Source: Campylobacterota bacterium (lineage in GTDB: Bacteria; Campylobacterota; Campylobacteria; Campylobacterales; Sulfurimonadaceae). Taken from it: 49,018 bases of DNA. The notes beneath the pieces were generated by a model. That model worked only from the letters and a program-made list of their open reading frames with translations. It was not told the origin of the DNA and did not search any database. Below, piece after piece: positions 48,983 to 49,018 of this stretch. Made by a program: the position numbers and the translations under genes. Every line of letters starts with the position of its first letter. The first letter of the stretch is position 1. The stretch spans positions 4,982 to 53,999 of the forward strand of contig JAYEMF010000029.1 of the NCBI GenBank assembly GCA_034717975.1, in the 5' to 3' direction.

Positions 48983-48996
48983 ATAATCTTAACAAG

Positions 48997-49018
48997 TGGT
49001 ACGCCCTAAAGGATTCGA
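48997..49018 (-). tRNA. 3' end of a tRNA, probably tRNA-Arg, truncated by the window edge
   Basis: Reverse complement TCGAATCCTTTAGGGCGTACCA gives T-arm, acceptor strand and CCA; anticodon not visible. Confidence 0.7.

Overview
A roughly 49 kb chromosomal segment from a motile, sulfide-oxidising Campylobacterota bacterium, most like Sulfurimonadaceae (inferred from gene content and order). It is mostly core genome: lapG-lapD c-di-GMP module, REC-REC-GGDEF cyclase, PAS+MCP energy-taxis pair, tandem-domain ThyX-like gene, dGTPase, fliK-flgD-flgE-flgE, typA, nrdB, nrdA, purB, rluA-family synthase, OlsF-like acyltransferase, rlmN, hisF, msrA, panE, sqr, rpmI-rplT, upp, yebC and a tRNA-Leu/Leu/Arg cluster. 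The window is probably origin-proximal: two perfect parS palindromes lie inside the rluA-family gene. The most unusual signals are: (1) a tandem duplication of that gene's 3' end that starts at the parS symmetry axis and has its own hairpin-embedded RBS; (2) a densely structured non-coding block at 22.7-23.3 kb made of a MITE-like element with a 7-bp target duplication and a second long palindromic element; (3) a 63-bp structured repeat shared by the purB-nrdA spacer and the rpmI leader; (4) a candidate L20 leader between rpmI and rplT; (5) an integrase-less Fic islet bounded by a tRNA-Leu 3'-end repeat; (6) a paralogous pair of Cys-rich lipoproteins between thyX and dgt; (7) several short ORFs below the ORF-track cut-off and deletion pseudogenes. 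No CRISPR array, rRNA, intact transposase or integrase was seen. All functional calls come from motif recognition, not database searches.
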